The notes beneath the pieces were generated by a model that made no database searches, was not told the DNA's origin, and was given only the letters and a program-made list of their open reading frames with translations. A program made the position numbers and the translations under genes. A stretch of DNA of 64,000 nucleotides from Octopus vulgaris (lineage: Eukaryota), in NCBI GenBank assembly GCA_951406725.2, contig OX597815.1:8432001-8496000 (forward strand), given 5' to 3'. Below, one piece after another: positions 26,660-38,781 of the stretch; the first letter of the stretch is position 1; each line of letters begins with the position of its first letter.

Positions 26660-28245
26660 AGGCATTTGAATAGGTGAGTCAATTTTGTCTGTCCAGTTAT
26701 AGGAGAAGAACAAACATGCCCTTTCTGAGAGAACTCAAATCCTAAGTGGCGTCCCCCAGGGAACTGTTCTGGGGCCATTACTTTTCATAATAACCCTCTT
26801 AGACATGCCCGCGGTCACTCAGATGGCCACTATCACTAGCTAAGCTGATGATACAAAATTATCATAGGCAATAAATAAATCAAGATGATGCTGCAAGCTT
26901 ACAGTGGGACATGAATTTGATATATAAGTGGGCTAAAATAAATAACATGCAGTTTAATGCTGGAAAATTTGAAGCACTGCAATATCAACTCATGATTACA
27001 CTGCAGCCTGCATATACAGAACCTGAAGGCACTACAATCCCAGAGTCACAGGCAATGAAAGACCTGGGGGATCAGTATATGCAATGATGCATCATTTTAT
27101 ATGCACATAACCAAGAATGCAGCAAAGTGCAGACAACTGGCAGGATGGAGACTGAGGTCCTTCAAGACAAGAGACCAAGAATCTATGTTGATCTTGTGGA
27201 AAACCTTTGTTCTCAGCTGCTTGGATTATTGCTCCCAGTTATGGTCACTGCATAGTACAAAACTAACAGTGGAACTTGAAGCAGTACAAGACCCCTACAC
27301 TAAAAAGATTGGAACAGTGCAGTAGATGTGCTACAGGAAGAGGCTGAGAAAACTGCAACTTTAATCCCTGGAGAGAAAGCGTGACAGATATGTAATAATC
27401 TACATATGGAAAACTCTAGAAGGTCTAGTACCTAATTTCAGTATTGAGTGTTATACAAAGAATTTGTCTTATGAAGAAAGGCTGAAGACGCTCGACCTTT
27501 ATTCTCTAGAAAAACGCTGCCGCCGTGGTGATCTCATTCTCGCTCGCAACATCATAAGCGGAAAGTGTAACCTCTCGAAAGAGCTGTTCTTCACTCCTGC
27601 TCCAGAGCGTCGGCTGCGGGGTCATTCCGAAAAGCTCTATCTGCGACGATTTCATCTCAATCGAAGGAGAGGGGCTTTCTCCGTCCGGGTTGCGGATCCG
27701 TGGAACAAGCTGCCGGACGAGATGGTGAAGATGCCGACGACCGCTTTGTTCAAAGTCTCCCTTGACCACAAGTGGCCTGAACTCTTTACATGAACACCAC
27801 CCTGTACATAACTCCATGTCCCCCTACTTGGCCTCTCTTTTTGCTTTTTAAGCCAAAAAAATTAACTAACAAATGCTAGAACTGGCCACCATTGTATAGT
27901 ACCAAAGGTGCCATCCACTCTATCTAAATTCAGGACCAGGCACTGAAATAGTCTAGGGTTCAAATGCCCACAGCTCTTCCATGCCCTGCCACAAAAATGA
28001 AGAAATCTGCATAAGGTGGAAGTAGATGTTTTCAAAAAGGAACTAGAGATCCTCCTCTCCACAATATTGGATGAACCAACAGCCCAACATGAGGTGGAGA
28101 CGAAAGCATCGGAATCAAACTCCCTTATACACTAAATAGGCCAACAGCTCGGACAAAGGCACATAGAGGAGTAGTGATGTGAAACACACCAGACTGAGGA
28201 AATCAGAAAGACCAGGGTGGTGCTCCAGCATGGCTGAAGCTGCAT
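26660..28245 (+). mobile_element. Decayed CR1/L2-group LINE RT region, interrupted by a younger LINE
   Basis: agtggcgtcccccagggaactgttctggggcca (SGVPQGTVLGP), *ADDTK, LDYCSQLWS; 3' part matches 44265-44725. Confidence 0.8.
27460..27868 (+). mobile_element. CR1-like LINE 3' end, CpG-rich (young), nested
   Basis: SYEERLKTLDLYSLEKR..RGDLI..LRGHSEKL..FSVRVADPWNKLP; short acaaa duplication at the ends. Confidence 0.85.
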
Positions 28246-28379
28246 GGCTGAAACAGGTAAAAGAGTAAAAGAGTATGCAGGCAAAAAGTGGTTGGATCAT
28301 TTTCTTAAGAAGCATGAGAGCATTTCATTAAGGGCAATTGTCATAGCATGACTCTTTTTTCAACAACTATGACTAAGTA

Positions 28380-28981
28380 TGCTGTGCGTGAGAAGACCCG
28401 GCAGGACTATTGAGACCATAACCCGTGGCCTCTACCTGGGATGTAGCCAGTCGACTTATGCATAGCTTTCCTTCTTGGGACACAAAACTCCACTTGTGAA
28501 GACCCATTGAGGCAAGTGGAAATCAGAAATCAGAAATCAGAACCAAAATCGAAGTCGATCAACATCAATGGAATTTGTAGCTGTGATACCAGTGCCGGTG
28601 GCATGTAAGCGAACCATCCGATCGTGGCCGTTGCCAGAACCGCCCCAACTGGCCTCCGTGCCGGTGGCACGTAAAGAGCACCATCCGATTGTGGCCGTTG
28701 CCAGCCTCACCTGGCCCCCGTGCCCGTGGCACATAAAAATCACCATCCATCCATCCATGGCCGTTTGCCAGCCCCGTCTGGCACCTGTGCCGGTGGCATG
28801 TAAAAAGTACCCACTACACTCGCTGAGTGGTTGGCGTTAGGAAGGGCATCCAGCCATAGAAACATTGCCAGATCAGACTGGAGCCTGGTGCAGTCTCCTG
28901 ACCTCCCAGGCCCCAGTTAAAATCGTCCAACCCATGCTAGCATGGAAAGCGGATGCTAAATGATGATGATGATGATGATGA
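28380..28981 (+). mobile_element. RTE LINE 3' end plus 3'UTR (family A)
   Basis: Collinear with 33145-33783. Confidence 0.8.
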
Positions 28982-29760
28982 TATGAAACTGTATTTCAGA
29001 GGGGTGGATTGACTCCAGATAGGATTCTGGAGTCTTGACTGAATGACAGTCTAGGGATCATGAAAAAAACAAAAAAAAATCATCAATGAACAAGGAGCCA
29101 AACAAGCCAGCAGTGCAAGGATAGTCTGTGAATTTCACCTGTGTAATCAGTGCTTTGGAGAACACTGTTCCTCCTGTCTTTGTTTTCTCTCAAGTTCCCT
29201 TTGAGGATAATTTTCTTCGTGGTGTTTCACCAATTTCTACTGGTGTGGCACATTCCAAAGGGTAGATAATAGCAGAAAACCATCTCACTTTCACAAAGTA
29301 TTTTGTTGCATAAAGTTGCTATTAAGAAGTAAAACATATTTGTTTAGCTGAATAAAAAAAAAGGTTAATAATCAGAGCATTTCATAGTCTCTTGTGTCTC
29401 TTTCTCTCTAATCTTCCCCAGTCGTTAGCGCTTACTTTAAGGTAACAACACTTACAATATCAAACACCTACAGACAACAACACACATCATGCTCTGTTTC
29501 TCCTGAAAATATGCAACTTTTGCAAGGTTATCTAGTAACTAAGAAAATGGAGTGGAACTGTTGTCCCTTTTCCACACTTGATAGATCCCTTTGCTTTTGG
29601 GCCTTTCCAAAACCTGTAGAATGTGCTGGTGCATGAATGGAAGAACATAAAGAAAACAATGATGGAATATGAAATTCCCATATTAGTTAGAAAGGCTTTT
29701 CTTTGAGCCATGATCCCTATCAACAAATGCTCAGTTTTCAGGATAACAGGTTTTTATTCT

Positions 29761-30911
29761 TTAACCCTTTTGTTACCAACCTGGCTGAAACCAGCTCTGG
29801 CTCTGAAGTACAAATGTCTTGTTTTCATAAGTTTTGAATTAAAATCTTCCACCAAACCTTAGTCACAATTTATGTTCCTAACACTAGCTTAATGATAACT
29901 AAGTTATTTTACTAAATTCTTTGTTATATTTAAAGTAATTGAAAGAAACACAGAGCATCTCAACAGATATATGGTAACAAAAGGGTTAAAATATATAATA
30001 GAGAAACAATTCTTAACCCTTTTGATACCAACCTCGCTGAAACTGGCTCTGGCTCTGAGAACAAATGTTTTGTTTTCATAAGTTTTGAATTAAAATCTTC
30101 CACTAAACCTTAGTCACAATTTATGTTCCTAACACTAGCTTAATGATAACTAAATTATTTTACTAAATTCTTTGTTATATTTAAAATAATTGAAAGAAAC
30201 ACAGAGCATCTCAACAGATATATGGTAACGAGAGGGTTAAAATATATAACAGAGAAACAATTCTTAACCCTTTCATTACCAACCTGGCTGATATTGCCTC
30301 TGGCTCTGTAGTACAAATGTCTTGTTTTCATAAGTTTTGAATGAAAATCTTCCACCAAACCTTAGTCATAATTTATGTTCCTAACACTAGCTGAATGATA
30401 ACTAAGTTATTTTACTAAATTCTTTGTTATATTTAACCCTTTTGATATCAACCTGGCTAAAACCGGTTCTGGCTCTGCAGTACAAATGTCTTGTTTTCAT
30501 AAGTTTTGAATTAAAATCTTCCACTAAACCTTAGTCACAATTTATGTTCCTAACACTAGCTTAATGATAACTAAGTTATTTTACTAAATTCTTTGTTATA
30601 TTTAAAGCAATTGAAAGAAACACAGAGCATCTCAAAAGAAATACAGTAACGAAAGGGGTAAAATATATAACAGAGAAACAATTCTTAACCCTTTCGTTAC
30701 CAACCTGGCTGAAACCAGCTCTGGCTCTGTAGTACAAATGTCCTGTTTTCATAAGTTTTGAATTAAAATCTTCCACCAAACCTTAGTCACAATTTATGTT
30801 CCTAACACTAGCTGAATGATAACTAATTATTAATTAACTAAATTCTTTGTTATATTTAAAGTAATTGAAAGAAACACAGAGCGTCTCAAAATACAGTAAT
30901 GAAAGGGTTAA
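29761..30911. mobile_element. Tandem array of five piggyBac-like MITE units
   Basis: TTAA-CCCTTT...AAAGGG-TTAA units starting at 29761, 30013, 30264, 30433 and 30685. Confidence 0.85.
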
Positions 30912-30924
30912 GCAATAATGACTT

Positions 30925-33783
30925 CCCTGAAGTCTCTTCCAGACCTAGAGTTATGTGGTGGTGGAATAGTACAGTAGACAAAACCATTAGAGCAAAGAAA
31001 CAGGCCTAGAAAGCCTGGAAGGATGGGGGTAGCAGGGAACTATATCAGGTAGCCAAAAGGGAGGCTGGGCGGCAGATATACATAGCCAAGGGTGAAGCGG
31101 AAAAGAAGTTTGCCAATGTCCAGCGATGTGAGGACCAAAGAACTGAGGTATTTCGGATTGCTAGACAGTGTGTCAGAGAAAATAGTGATGTTACAGGAGA
31201 GAAATGTGTCCGCATGGATGATGGGGCATTTGCTTTTAATGTTAGTGAAAAGAAAGAGGCTTGGAGAAGCCATTATGAAAGACTGCTGAATGTGGAGAAT
31301 GAATGGGAGGAGGAGAGCTTGCCAAATGTTGACCCAGTAGAGGGACCAGCTATCCCAATAGACAGCTCCCTAGTAGATAAAGTAATTAAGGGTATGAAGC
31401 CAGGAAAAGCCCCTGCCCATCAGAAAAAACTGCAGAGATGCTTAAAACATCTGGTGGTGTGGGCTATGGCCTAGTCACCTGCATTGTAAACCAGGTAGTT
31501 CATAATGGAGTCATACCCAATGACTGGCATAGCAGCACCATAGTCAACTGCTACAAGGGTAAAGGTGATGCTCTAGATAGAAATAACTATAGCGGTATTA
31601 AACTGCTGGATCAGGTGATGAAGGTCACGGAGAGGGTTATAACCCATCTCATTAGGGAGAGAATTTGCTTAGATGAGATGCAGTTCGGTTTTGTGGCAGG
31701 TAGAAGCACCATTGATGCCATATTCCTGGTTTGACAACTGCTGGAGAAATACCTAGTTAAAGATAAACCCCTCTAGTTAGCTTTTGTGGACTTGGAGAAA
31801 GCCTTTGACAGGGTCCTGTGATCCCTTATCTAGTGGGCAATGCGGAAACTGGAGATTGATGAATGGTTGATAAGGGCTGTACAGGCTCTATACAGAGAGG
31901 CTGTTATTAAAGTTAGGATTGGCAATGAGTATACTGAAGAATTCCGGATAGAAGTAGGGGTCCACCAAGGTTCAAGCCTCAGTCCCCTTTTATTCATCAT
32001 AGTCCTCCAGGCAATAACAGGGGAATTCAAGATGGGTTGCTCCTGGAGCTTCTATATGCTGATGACCTGGCCCTCATAGAAGAATCATTACCGGAACTAG
32101 AAACAAAATTTTGGGTGTGGAAGCAAGGGTTAGAATCAAAAGGCCTTAGAGTCAATGTAGCAAAGACCAAAGTTCTAGTAAGTAGGAAGGCAAACTCATC
32201 CCACACCCCCTCAGGTAGGTGGCCCTGCTTGATCTGTAGGAAAGGTGTAGGTAGAAACTCCATAAGATGTACCCAGTGTAAGCTATGGATGCATAAGAGG
32301 TGCAGCAACATCAAAGGAAAATTAACCAAGAAGCTAGCTTTCGTGTGTGGCAGATGCACAGGGGCAATAGACACCACAGATACTCAGAAAACAGATTCCA
32401 TCACACTCCAGGGTGAGAAACTAGAAATAGTTAATAGTTTCCGCTACCTAGGTAACCAAGTCAGTAGTGGAAGTGGATGCCCAGAGAGTGTAACCACTAG
32501 AATACGAATAGCCTGGGCAAAGTTTAGAAAGCTTCTACCCCTACTGGTGACAAAGGGTCTCTTGCTCAGAATGAAAGATAGATTGTACAATGCATGTGTG
32601 CAAACTGGCATGCTTCACGGTAGTGAAACATGGGCTGTGACTGCAGAGGTCAAGCGTAGGCTTGACTTGCTTTCATGCAGGTGGCACTTAAAAAGCACGA
32701 AACCGATCGTGGCTGTTGCCAGCCCCCCCCTGCCACCTGTGCCAGTGGAACGTAAAAATACCCACTACACTCATTCATAGAGTGGTTGGCGTTAAGAAGG
32801 GCATCCAGCTGTAGAAACACTACCAGATCAGACTGGAGCCTGGTACAGCCACCTGGCTTCCCAGACCCTGGTCGAACAGTCTAACCCATGCTAGCATGGA
32901 AAACGGACGTTAAACGATGATGATGATGATGATGTTTATGATATATATATGCGTAAGCTCGCAAGGAATGAAGCCAGTATGCTCCAATGGATGTGGATAG
33001 CTGTGTGAAAAATTGCCACACCCTTGCAGTTGAGGGAACCTGTGGAAGAGGAAGACCTATGAAGACCTGGGAAGAGGTGGTGAAGCATGACCTTCGAACA
33101 TTAGGCCTCACCGAGGCAATGATTAGTGATCGAGACCTTTGAAAATATGCTGTGCATGAAAAGACTGGGCAAGCCTAAGTGAGACCATAACCTCGTGGCC
33201 TATGCCAGGGGTGTAACCAGTCCACTTATGCATACCTTTCCTTCATTGGACACTAAACTCTGCTTGCGAAGACCTGTTGAGGCAAGTGAAATCGAAATCA
33301 AAATAAAATTCGATGACTGGCATCGGTGCTAGTGGGGCGCTAAGAGCACCATACTAGCATGATTGTTGCCAGAGTAGCAAACTGGCTTCTGTGCCAGTGG
33401 CATGTAAAAAGCACCATTCGAGCGTGATTGTTACCAGCGTTGCCTCACCGGCACTTGTGCCAGTGGCATGTGAAAAAACATTCAAGCGAGGTCGTTGCCA
33501 GTGCCGCTGGACTGGCTCCTGAGCAGTTGGCAATTAAAAAACACCATTTGAGCATGGCTGTTGCCAGTAAATCCTGACTGGCCCTCATGCCGGTGGCACG
33601 TAAAAGCACCCACTACACTCTTTGAGTGGTTGGTGTTAGGAAGGGCATCCAGTTGTAGAAACTCTTCCAGATCAGATTGGAACCTGGTGTAGCCATCTGA
33701 TTCACCAGTCCTCAGTCAAATCATCCAACCCATGCTAGCATGGAAAGCGGACTTTAGACGACGACGATGATGATGATGATGAT
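30925..33783 (+). mobile_element. RTE-clade LINE, 5'-truncated and frameshifted: RT domain, Cys-rich insertion, 3'UTR and (GAT)n tail; family A insertion at ~32665-32935
   Basis: YKGKGDALDRNNYSGIKLL, QFGFVAGRSTIDAIF, FVDLEKAFD, GVHQGSSLSPLLF, LLYADDLAL, LHGSETW. Confidence 0.9.
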
Positions 33784-33883
33784 ACGGCGGAGATAAAGAA
33801 TACATATTTGGCCCTAACCCTAATCTGGTGCGTTTTTGGCCCTAACCCTAACCTGGTGCGCGAATTCTTTACTTTCGCCTATA

Positions 33884-34274
33884 TCTCTTCTCTCTCTATA
33901 TATAAACGGCAGTTTGTCTGTGCGTGTTTCTGTGTGTCTGTTTGCTTGTACCCTCAACCTGACCACGGCTTTCAACCGATTCTGATGAAACTTGACACAC
34001 ACATAGCTCAATGTCATAATTCAAAACTAACGCAGCGAAAATTTTGAAAAGTTCCCCCAGTTCTGAAAAAAATCGATAAATTCGACATGGGGTCGAGAAT
34101 CAGAAACACAAACCACAAACTGTCTAGGGGACGCAACTCCACCTTTTTTAACTAAAAAAAAAATTTACCATCATTTTTTTCCATTTTTTTTGCTATTTTT
34201 TGGCTATAACTCTCTAAAAATGCTTTATAGTTATTTCCCTTACAAACCTGAGCAACGCCGGGCGATACTGCTAG
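33884..34274 (+). mobile_element. Non-autonomous Helitron-like element, copy 1
   Basis: 5' TC, 3' subterminal GC-rich hairpin (cc[c/t]gagcaacgccggg), CTAG end followed by T; no TSD; three copies in the window. Confidence 0.7.
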
Positions 34275-34584
34275 TATGTATATATATATATATACTCTTT
34301 TACTTGTTTCAGTCATTTGACTGCGGTCATGCTGGAACACCGCCTTTAGTCGAACAAATTGACCCCAGGACATATTTTATCGGTCTTTTGCCGAACCGCT
34401 AAGTTACAGGGTCATAAACACACCACCATCGGTTATCACAGAAATACATACATGTTTTCGTTTCTCATTGTGTTCGACGTTTTTTTGGTGTCCTGTACCC
34501 ATATATGCAAGTATATATACATGTAGAGGTAGGTACGTACATTTATGTATGTATATAAGCATATGTTTTATTTTATTTATTAAT

Positions 34585-34628
34585 TTATTATATATATATA
34601 TAATAAATTATATATATATATATAATAA

Positions 34629-34664
<36 letters not shown>

Positions 34665-34935
34665 ATAAATATATATATATATAATAATAAATATATATAT
34701 ATAATAATAATAAATATATATATATATATATAATGATAAATATATATATATATAATGATAAATATATATATATATATATAATGATAAATATATATATATA
34801 TATAATGATAAATATATATATATAATGATAAATATATATATATATATAATGATAAATATATATATATATATATATATAATGATAAATATATATATATATA
34901 TATATATAATGATAAATATATATATATATATATGA
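34585..34935. repeat. (TA)n/aatgataaa compound repeat
   Basis: Directly visible. Confidence 0.9.
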
Positions 34936-35204
34936 TGTACAAAAACATGTAATATACAAATAAATATTTGTAAATATAAAACCATCCGAATTTCTGAGTA
35001 CCTCATTTCTTCTAATATAAAATACCTGTACATCATCTCCAAACCTTCTAATATATATATATATAGGGGCATACGAACACAAATATATAGGCTTTAGGAA
35101 GGGCGCCCAGCCGTAGAAACCCTGCCAAATCCAACTGGAATCCTGTGCAGCCCTTCGACTTACCAGTTCCACTCAAAATGTCTAAGCAGACGCTAAATGA
35201 TGAT

Positions 35205-35237
<33 letters not shown>

Positions 35238-35794
35238 TCATTTAAGAAATATGCATCACGTAATAAAAAACCGTAAATATATGTCGAACGAATACGAATA
35301 GGTATGTTCAGTATGTGTACGTATAGCTTAGACTGTACGAGCGTGTATCTGTTTACAAGCTTCTATTTTTTTCCCAAGTAAGCGATGGTATCTATGTAAA
35401 TATGCCAAAATTTTTTCTACTTGTGCGTATGTAGTATGCACCACAGATTAGGCCTTATTGCGTGCCACACACCAAAACTGTGTTAACGCTCCTCATCTAT
35501 TTGATACATAAATGCCGGTATCTACTTGAGTGTGGTGGATGCTGCTCTCTAGATATATGTTTCGTGTGTTATTTAAAAAAAAAAAGAATTCCTGTGTCTA
35601 TGGTGTTTCTTCGACGAATGTGTGTCTGTGCTTTCCTATATTGCTGTGCTTCCTCTCGAGACGTGTAAGGTTTTATTTACGTGTATTGCCACGCCCCCCT
35701 GGCCGACTGCGCGTACCAAAACCTAAATACGCATGTGCGTTTATGTTGCCCTCGAGACGTGTGTGTGCTAGTTTCTGTGTAACGCTCAGGAAGT

Positions 35795-36475
35795 ATGTGT
35801 GTGTGTGTGTGTGTGTGTATGTGATTACGTACAGGCGCGCGCGCGTGTGTGTGTGTGTACATGTATATACGTATGTGTTTTTGTGTATATGTATGTATGT
35901 GTATGTTTGTGTGTACATGTATGTGTGTGTGTTTGTGTGTACATGTATATGTGTGTAATGTGTGTAGATGTATGTATGTGTGTGTGTGTACATATGTATG
36001 TGTATGTTTGTGTGTACATGTATATGTGTGTATGCGTGTGTGTACATGTATATGTGTGTAATGTGTGTAGATGTATGTGTGTGTGTGTACATATGTATGT
36101 GTATGTTTGTGTGTACATGTATATGTGTGTATGCGTGTGTGTACATGTATATGTGTGTATGTGTACATGTATATGTGTGTATGTGTGTGTACATGTATAT
36201 GTGAGTGTGTTTGTATATACATGTATATGTGCGTGTGTTTGTGTGTACATGTATATGTGTGTATATACATGTATGTGTGCGTGTGTATACATGTATATGT
36301 ATGTATGTTTGTGTGTGTGTACATGTATATATGTGTGTTGTGTGTACATGTATATATGTGTGTTGTGTGTACATGTATATGTATGTATGTTGTGTGTGTG
36401 TGTGTGTGTACATGTATATGTGTGTAGGTACATGTACATATGTATATATATGTACATGTATGTGTGTGTGTGTGT
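35795..36475. repeat. (TG/TA)-derived minisatellite with recurring gtgtacatgtatat
   Basis: Directly visible. Confidence 0.9.
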
Positions 36476-37254
36476 CCCCCTGGCGGACGTGCAAAGTAAC
36501 TAATGAAGGGGCAGATAACCGACCTTCACCTTCTTCAGAGGACGGTATCACCTTGACACATCGACATCGTCGTCGTCATCGTCCGCCAGCCCGGCTGCCT
36601 CATTAAATCTGTTGGCAGTTGCTGTGTCGTTGGCACAAAACACTCTTTCTCCTAAAACAACATCGAAGCCAACTACTAAGTTTAGCTGGTGGTAGATAAA
36701 AAACCGATTCGGGAGGACTAAACAGACTTTTCGTTTAGGCAAGCAAGCTAACATTTGACTTACCTTTTTTTTTTTCCATTTATCGGAAATCCTCCCCCTT
36801 AATACATCCGATGTCAGTTGTTGTTGCCGTCTTCACACCCACATAACAAGAAAAAAAAAAAGGGAAAATATAGTAATTAATGTCCTCTCTTCTTACCGTT
36901 TCATTTAACATGTTTTGAAAGATAAACTTTATCCCTGACTGATACTGGACACGCCTTTTTTTCTCCATCGTTTCGGAAGACTTTTAAAGAAGCTACAAGG
37001 AAACAGTTGTTTAATAATAATTGTGTGATCTATCATCATTATTCTGAAGTACTACGTGTCTCTTTCACAGCCTGCCTTCTTCTCACAGTAGACGACCTTA
37101 CAGTGATAAATAATTCCCTTCATTCAACGCCAATATATTTATTATAAGGAGATCTCTTTTATCTATTTTTTTTTTTAATCCCTCATCGCTGATCCTCTCG
37201 GATTTATAAGTCCTAGCTGTCTTGTTTTGTTTATTAACCGTTGTTGATATCAAC
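36476..37254 (+). promoter_or_regulatory. Probable promoter/5'UTR region of UGP2
   Basis: Unique, relatively CpG-rich, transposon-free sequence directly upstream of the ATG; possible splice acceptor tctctttcacag ending at 37070. Confidence 0.4.
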
Positions 37255-38781
37255 ATGGCCAACACAGCTTTCGTAAAGGGTCACCGACGAACGTCGAGCG
37301 ACATAGAATTCAAGGAGTTGATACGCAGAGATGCCCAGTTAGCAATGCACAAGGAACTTACCAAATTGATACAAACTGCCCCTCCGGCCCAACAGCCCAA
37401 AGTGAAAAATGAACTTGACCGATTCCAGCTTTTGTTCGAAAGATACTTGCAAGAAGCGGGTACATCGCTAAACTGGGAAAAAATCAAAGTGTTACCTGAC
37501 GATGCCATAAAAAACTACAACGAAATCCAGCGAACAGAACTGACTAATATGAAGAACATGTTGAACAAACTTGTGGTCCTTAAATTGAACGGAGGTCTTG
37601 GCACCAGTATGGGTTGCCAAGGTCCTAAAAGCGCCATCTCTGTCAGGAACGACCTTACCTTCCTTGACATGACAGTACAGCAAATTGAGTATTTGAATAA
37701 ATCCTACGATGCCGACGTACCGTTGGTGCTCATGAACTCGTTTAATACGGATGAGGATACAGAAAAGATTTTAGGCAAGTACAACCAGATCAAAGTACGT
37801 ATTTACACTTTTAATCAAAGTAAATTCCCGAGAATTAACAGAGAATCTCTTTTGCCAATACCGAAATGCACGGCGACCGCTGGTAGCGACGGTGCACCAA
37901 GTTGGTATCCTCCAGGGCACGGTGATATTTATGAGAGTTTTGCTGCCGCTGGTCTCCTAGAAGAGTTTATACAAGCAGGTCGAGAATATGTATTTGTGTC
38001 GAACATCGATAATTTGGGAGCTACTGTTGACCTTCATATTCTGAACCATTTAATTAATCCTCCAATGGGAGGAATGGCACCCGAATTTGTTATGGAAGTT
38101 ACCGATAAAACAAGAGCTGATGTCAAAGGCGGTACTTTAGTAGATTACGATGGTAAGCTAAGGTTACTGGAAATTGCCCAGGTACCTAAGGAACATGTCG
38201 ACGAATTTAAAAGTGTGAGTAAATTTAAAATCTTCAATACAAACAATTTATGGATTAAGCTGAATGCTTTGAAAAGAGTCATAGATGAACGAACATTACA
38301 TATGGAGATTATTGTTAACCCTAAAACACTCGATAATGGAATTAATGTAATTCAGTTGGAAACTGCCTCAGGTGCAGCCATAAAAAGCTTTGAAGGGGCA
38401 ATCGGCATTAATGTACCAAGAAAGCGGTTTCTTCCAGTGAAAACTACATCTGATTTACTTCTAGTGATGAGCAATTTATACAAAATGAGAACCGGGGCTT
38501 TAGAGATGAGTCCCCAACGCTCCTTCCCGTCAGTGCCGTTAGTTAAACTTGGTATCCAATTCCAAAAAGTGAAGGAATTCTTGCAGAGATTTGCCAGCAT
38601 CCCAGATATGTTGGAACTAGATCACCTCACCGTGTCTGGTGATGTAACGTTTGGCAAATCTGTCAGTCTGAAAGGAACTGTTATAATTATAGCCAACCAT
38701 GGTGACCGCATCGATATTCCGACAGGAGCTTGTCTTGAGAACAAGATCGTTTCAGGTAACTTAAGAATCTTGGATCATTGA
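37255..38781 (+). CDS. UGP2: UTP--glucose-1-phosphate uridylyltransferase (UDP-glucose pyrophosphorylase), 508 aa, single coding exon
   Basis: Uninterrupted ORF from ATG in good Kozak context (caacATGg). Motifs LKLNGGLGTSMGCQGPKS, WYPPGHGD, SNIDNLG, DVKGG, FNTNNLW, RFLPVK and the C-terminal ENKIVSGNLRILDH typical of eukaryotic UGPase-A. The track's start at 37222 is a TTG. Confidence 0.97.
   Translation: MANTAFVKGHRRTSSDIEFKELIRRDAQLAMHKELTKLIQTAPPAQQPKVKNELDRFQLLFERYLQEAGTSLNWEKIKVLPDDAIKNYNEIQRTELTNMKNMLNKLVVLKLNGGLGTSMGCQGPKSAISVRNDLTFLDMTVQQIEYLNKSYDADVPLVLMNSFNTDEDTEKILGKYNQIKVRIYTFNQSKFPRINRESLLPIPKCTATAGSDGAPSWYPPGHGDIYESFAAAGLLEEFIQAGREYVFVSNIDNLGATVDLHILNHLINPPMGGMAPEFVMEVTDKTRADVKGGTLVDYDGKLRLLEIAQVPKEHVDEFKSVSKFKIFNTNNLWIKLNALKRVIDERTLHMEIIVNPKTLDNGINVIQLETASGAAIKSFEGAIGINVPRKRFLPVKTTSDLLLVMSNLYKMRTGALEMSPQRSFPSVPLVKLGIQFQKVKEFLQRFASIPDMLELDHLTVSGDVTFGKSVSLKGTVIIIANHGDRIDIPTGACLENKIVSGNLRILDH

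Noticed and set aside
37222-37254. 11 aa N-terminal extension of UGP2 in the ORF track
   Set aside because: Starts at TTG; the ATG at 37255 has good Kozak context and gives the expected length.
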